Shown: piece after piece, positions 36,996 through 37,561 of the stretch
Position numbering within the stretch: the stretch's first letter is position 1
Layout of the letters: every line of letters starts with the position of its first letter
Origin: Octopus bimaculoides
Taxonomy: Eukaryota
Assembly (NCBI RefSeq): GCF_001194135.2
Contig: NC_068986.1
Location: 87,785,550-87,823,110, forward strand
DNA: 37,561 nt
Direction of reading: 5' to 3'
Program-made: the position numbers and the translations under genes
Notes under the pieces: generated by a model
What the model saw: only the letters and a program-made list of their open reading frames with translations
What the model was told of the DNA's origin: nothing
Databases searched by the model: none

Positions 36996-37334
36996 CGTAA
37001 AGTTAGACAATCCTTCATCAACATTCACGAATATGTATTAAAATGACATGATATACATCAAACGAAATGTAATCCATTTCTTAGTTGTTCCAATTCACAC
37101 AATAGGCTACTGAAATATTTTTCATGTTATTCCATATGTATTGTAGTATCCTATCGAATCTCCTATAGTAACTACGCACTATGAGTTATTTTATTTCACT
37201 CACCCACCCGTAAATACAGTAATAGTATAAGGACTATATGCGTACAGATATATAGAATGCATAATCAAAGTGCAGCTCCAAAATTTTCTTTGATATACCA
37301 CGATTACTAGAATATATGGAAAATTATAATTTGA

Positions 37335-37460
37335 GACGCAAGATTGGCAGCATAATTAAGAAGAGTGCTTCACAACTATATAGTTCCAGGTTTAATACCT
37401 GTACGTAGCTATATGATCAATCGTCTTCTACTATAATCTTGACATCACCAATGGTTAATG
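37335..37460 (+). mobile_element. Decayed SINE family B 5' half
   Basis: TAAGAAG.GTGCTTCACAAC..ATAGTTCCAGGTT ... GTCTTCTACTATA, collinear with 17540-17640. Confidence 0.55.
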
Positions 37461-37528
37461 AATAAGCTTGATCAGAAACCATGTCGATGCCCTTCATGTA
37501 TGTATGTATGTATCTATCTATCTATCTA

Positions 37529-37561
<33 letters not shown>

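Overview
AT-rich, microsatellite-dense eukaryotic genomic DNA from a draft scaffold with nine N gaps. The repeat style (tRNA-derived SINEs, REL-type LINEs, long (AT)n/(AAT)n/(TAG)n tracts) looks like a coleoid cephalopod, probably Octopus; this is pattern recognition, not proof. No intact protein-coding gene is supportable: the supplied ORFs are microsatellite or gap artefacts, or transposon relics. Recognisable content: at least 10 copies of one tRNA-derived SINE family plus two other SINE families; three R4/Dong-like REL retrotransposon 3' fragments; one HERO-like N-terminal fragment; a decayed Tc1 transposase; a ~90-bp inverted repeat. Most interesting: (1) a degenerate type I hammerhead ribozyme with a near-palindromic helix III at ~18.15 kb, inside a 205-bp segment bounded by an 11-bp direct repeat; (2) two different Dong-like families in tandem inside one (TAA)n tract, next to a SINE in the same tract; (3) recurrent SINE dimers joined within the downstream unit's tRNA head, one bounded by a single 11-bp target-site duplication.
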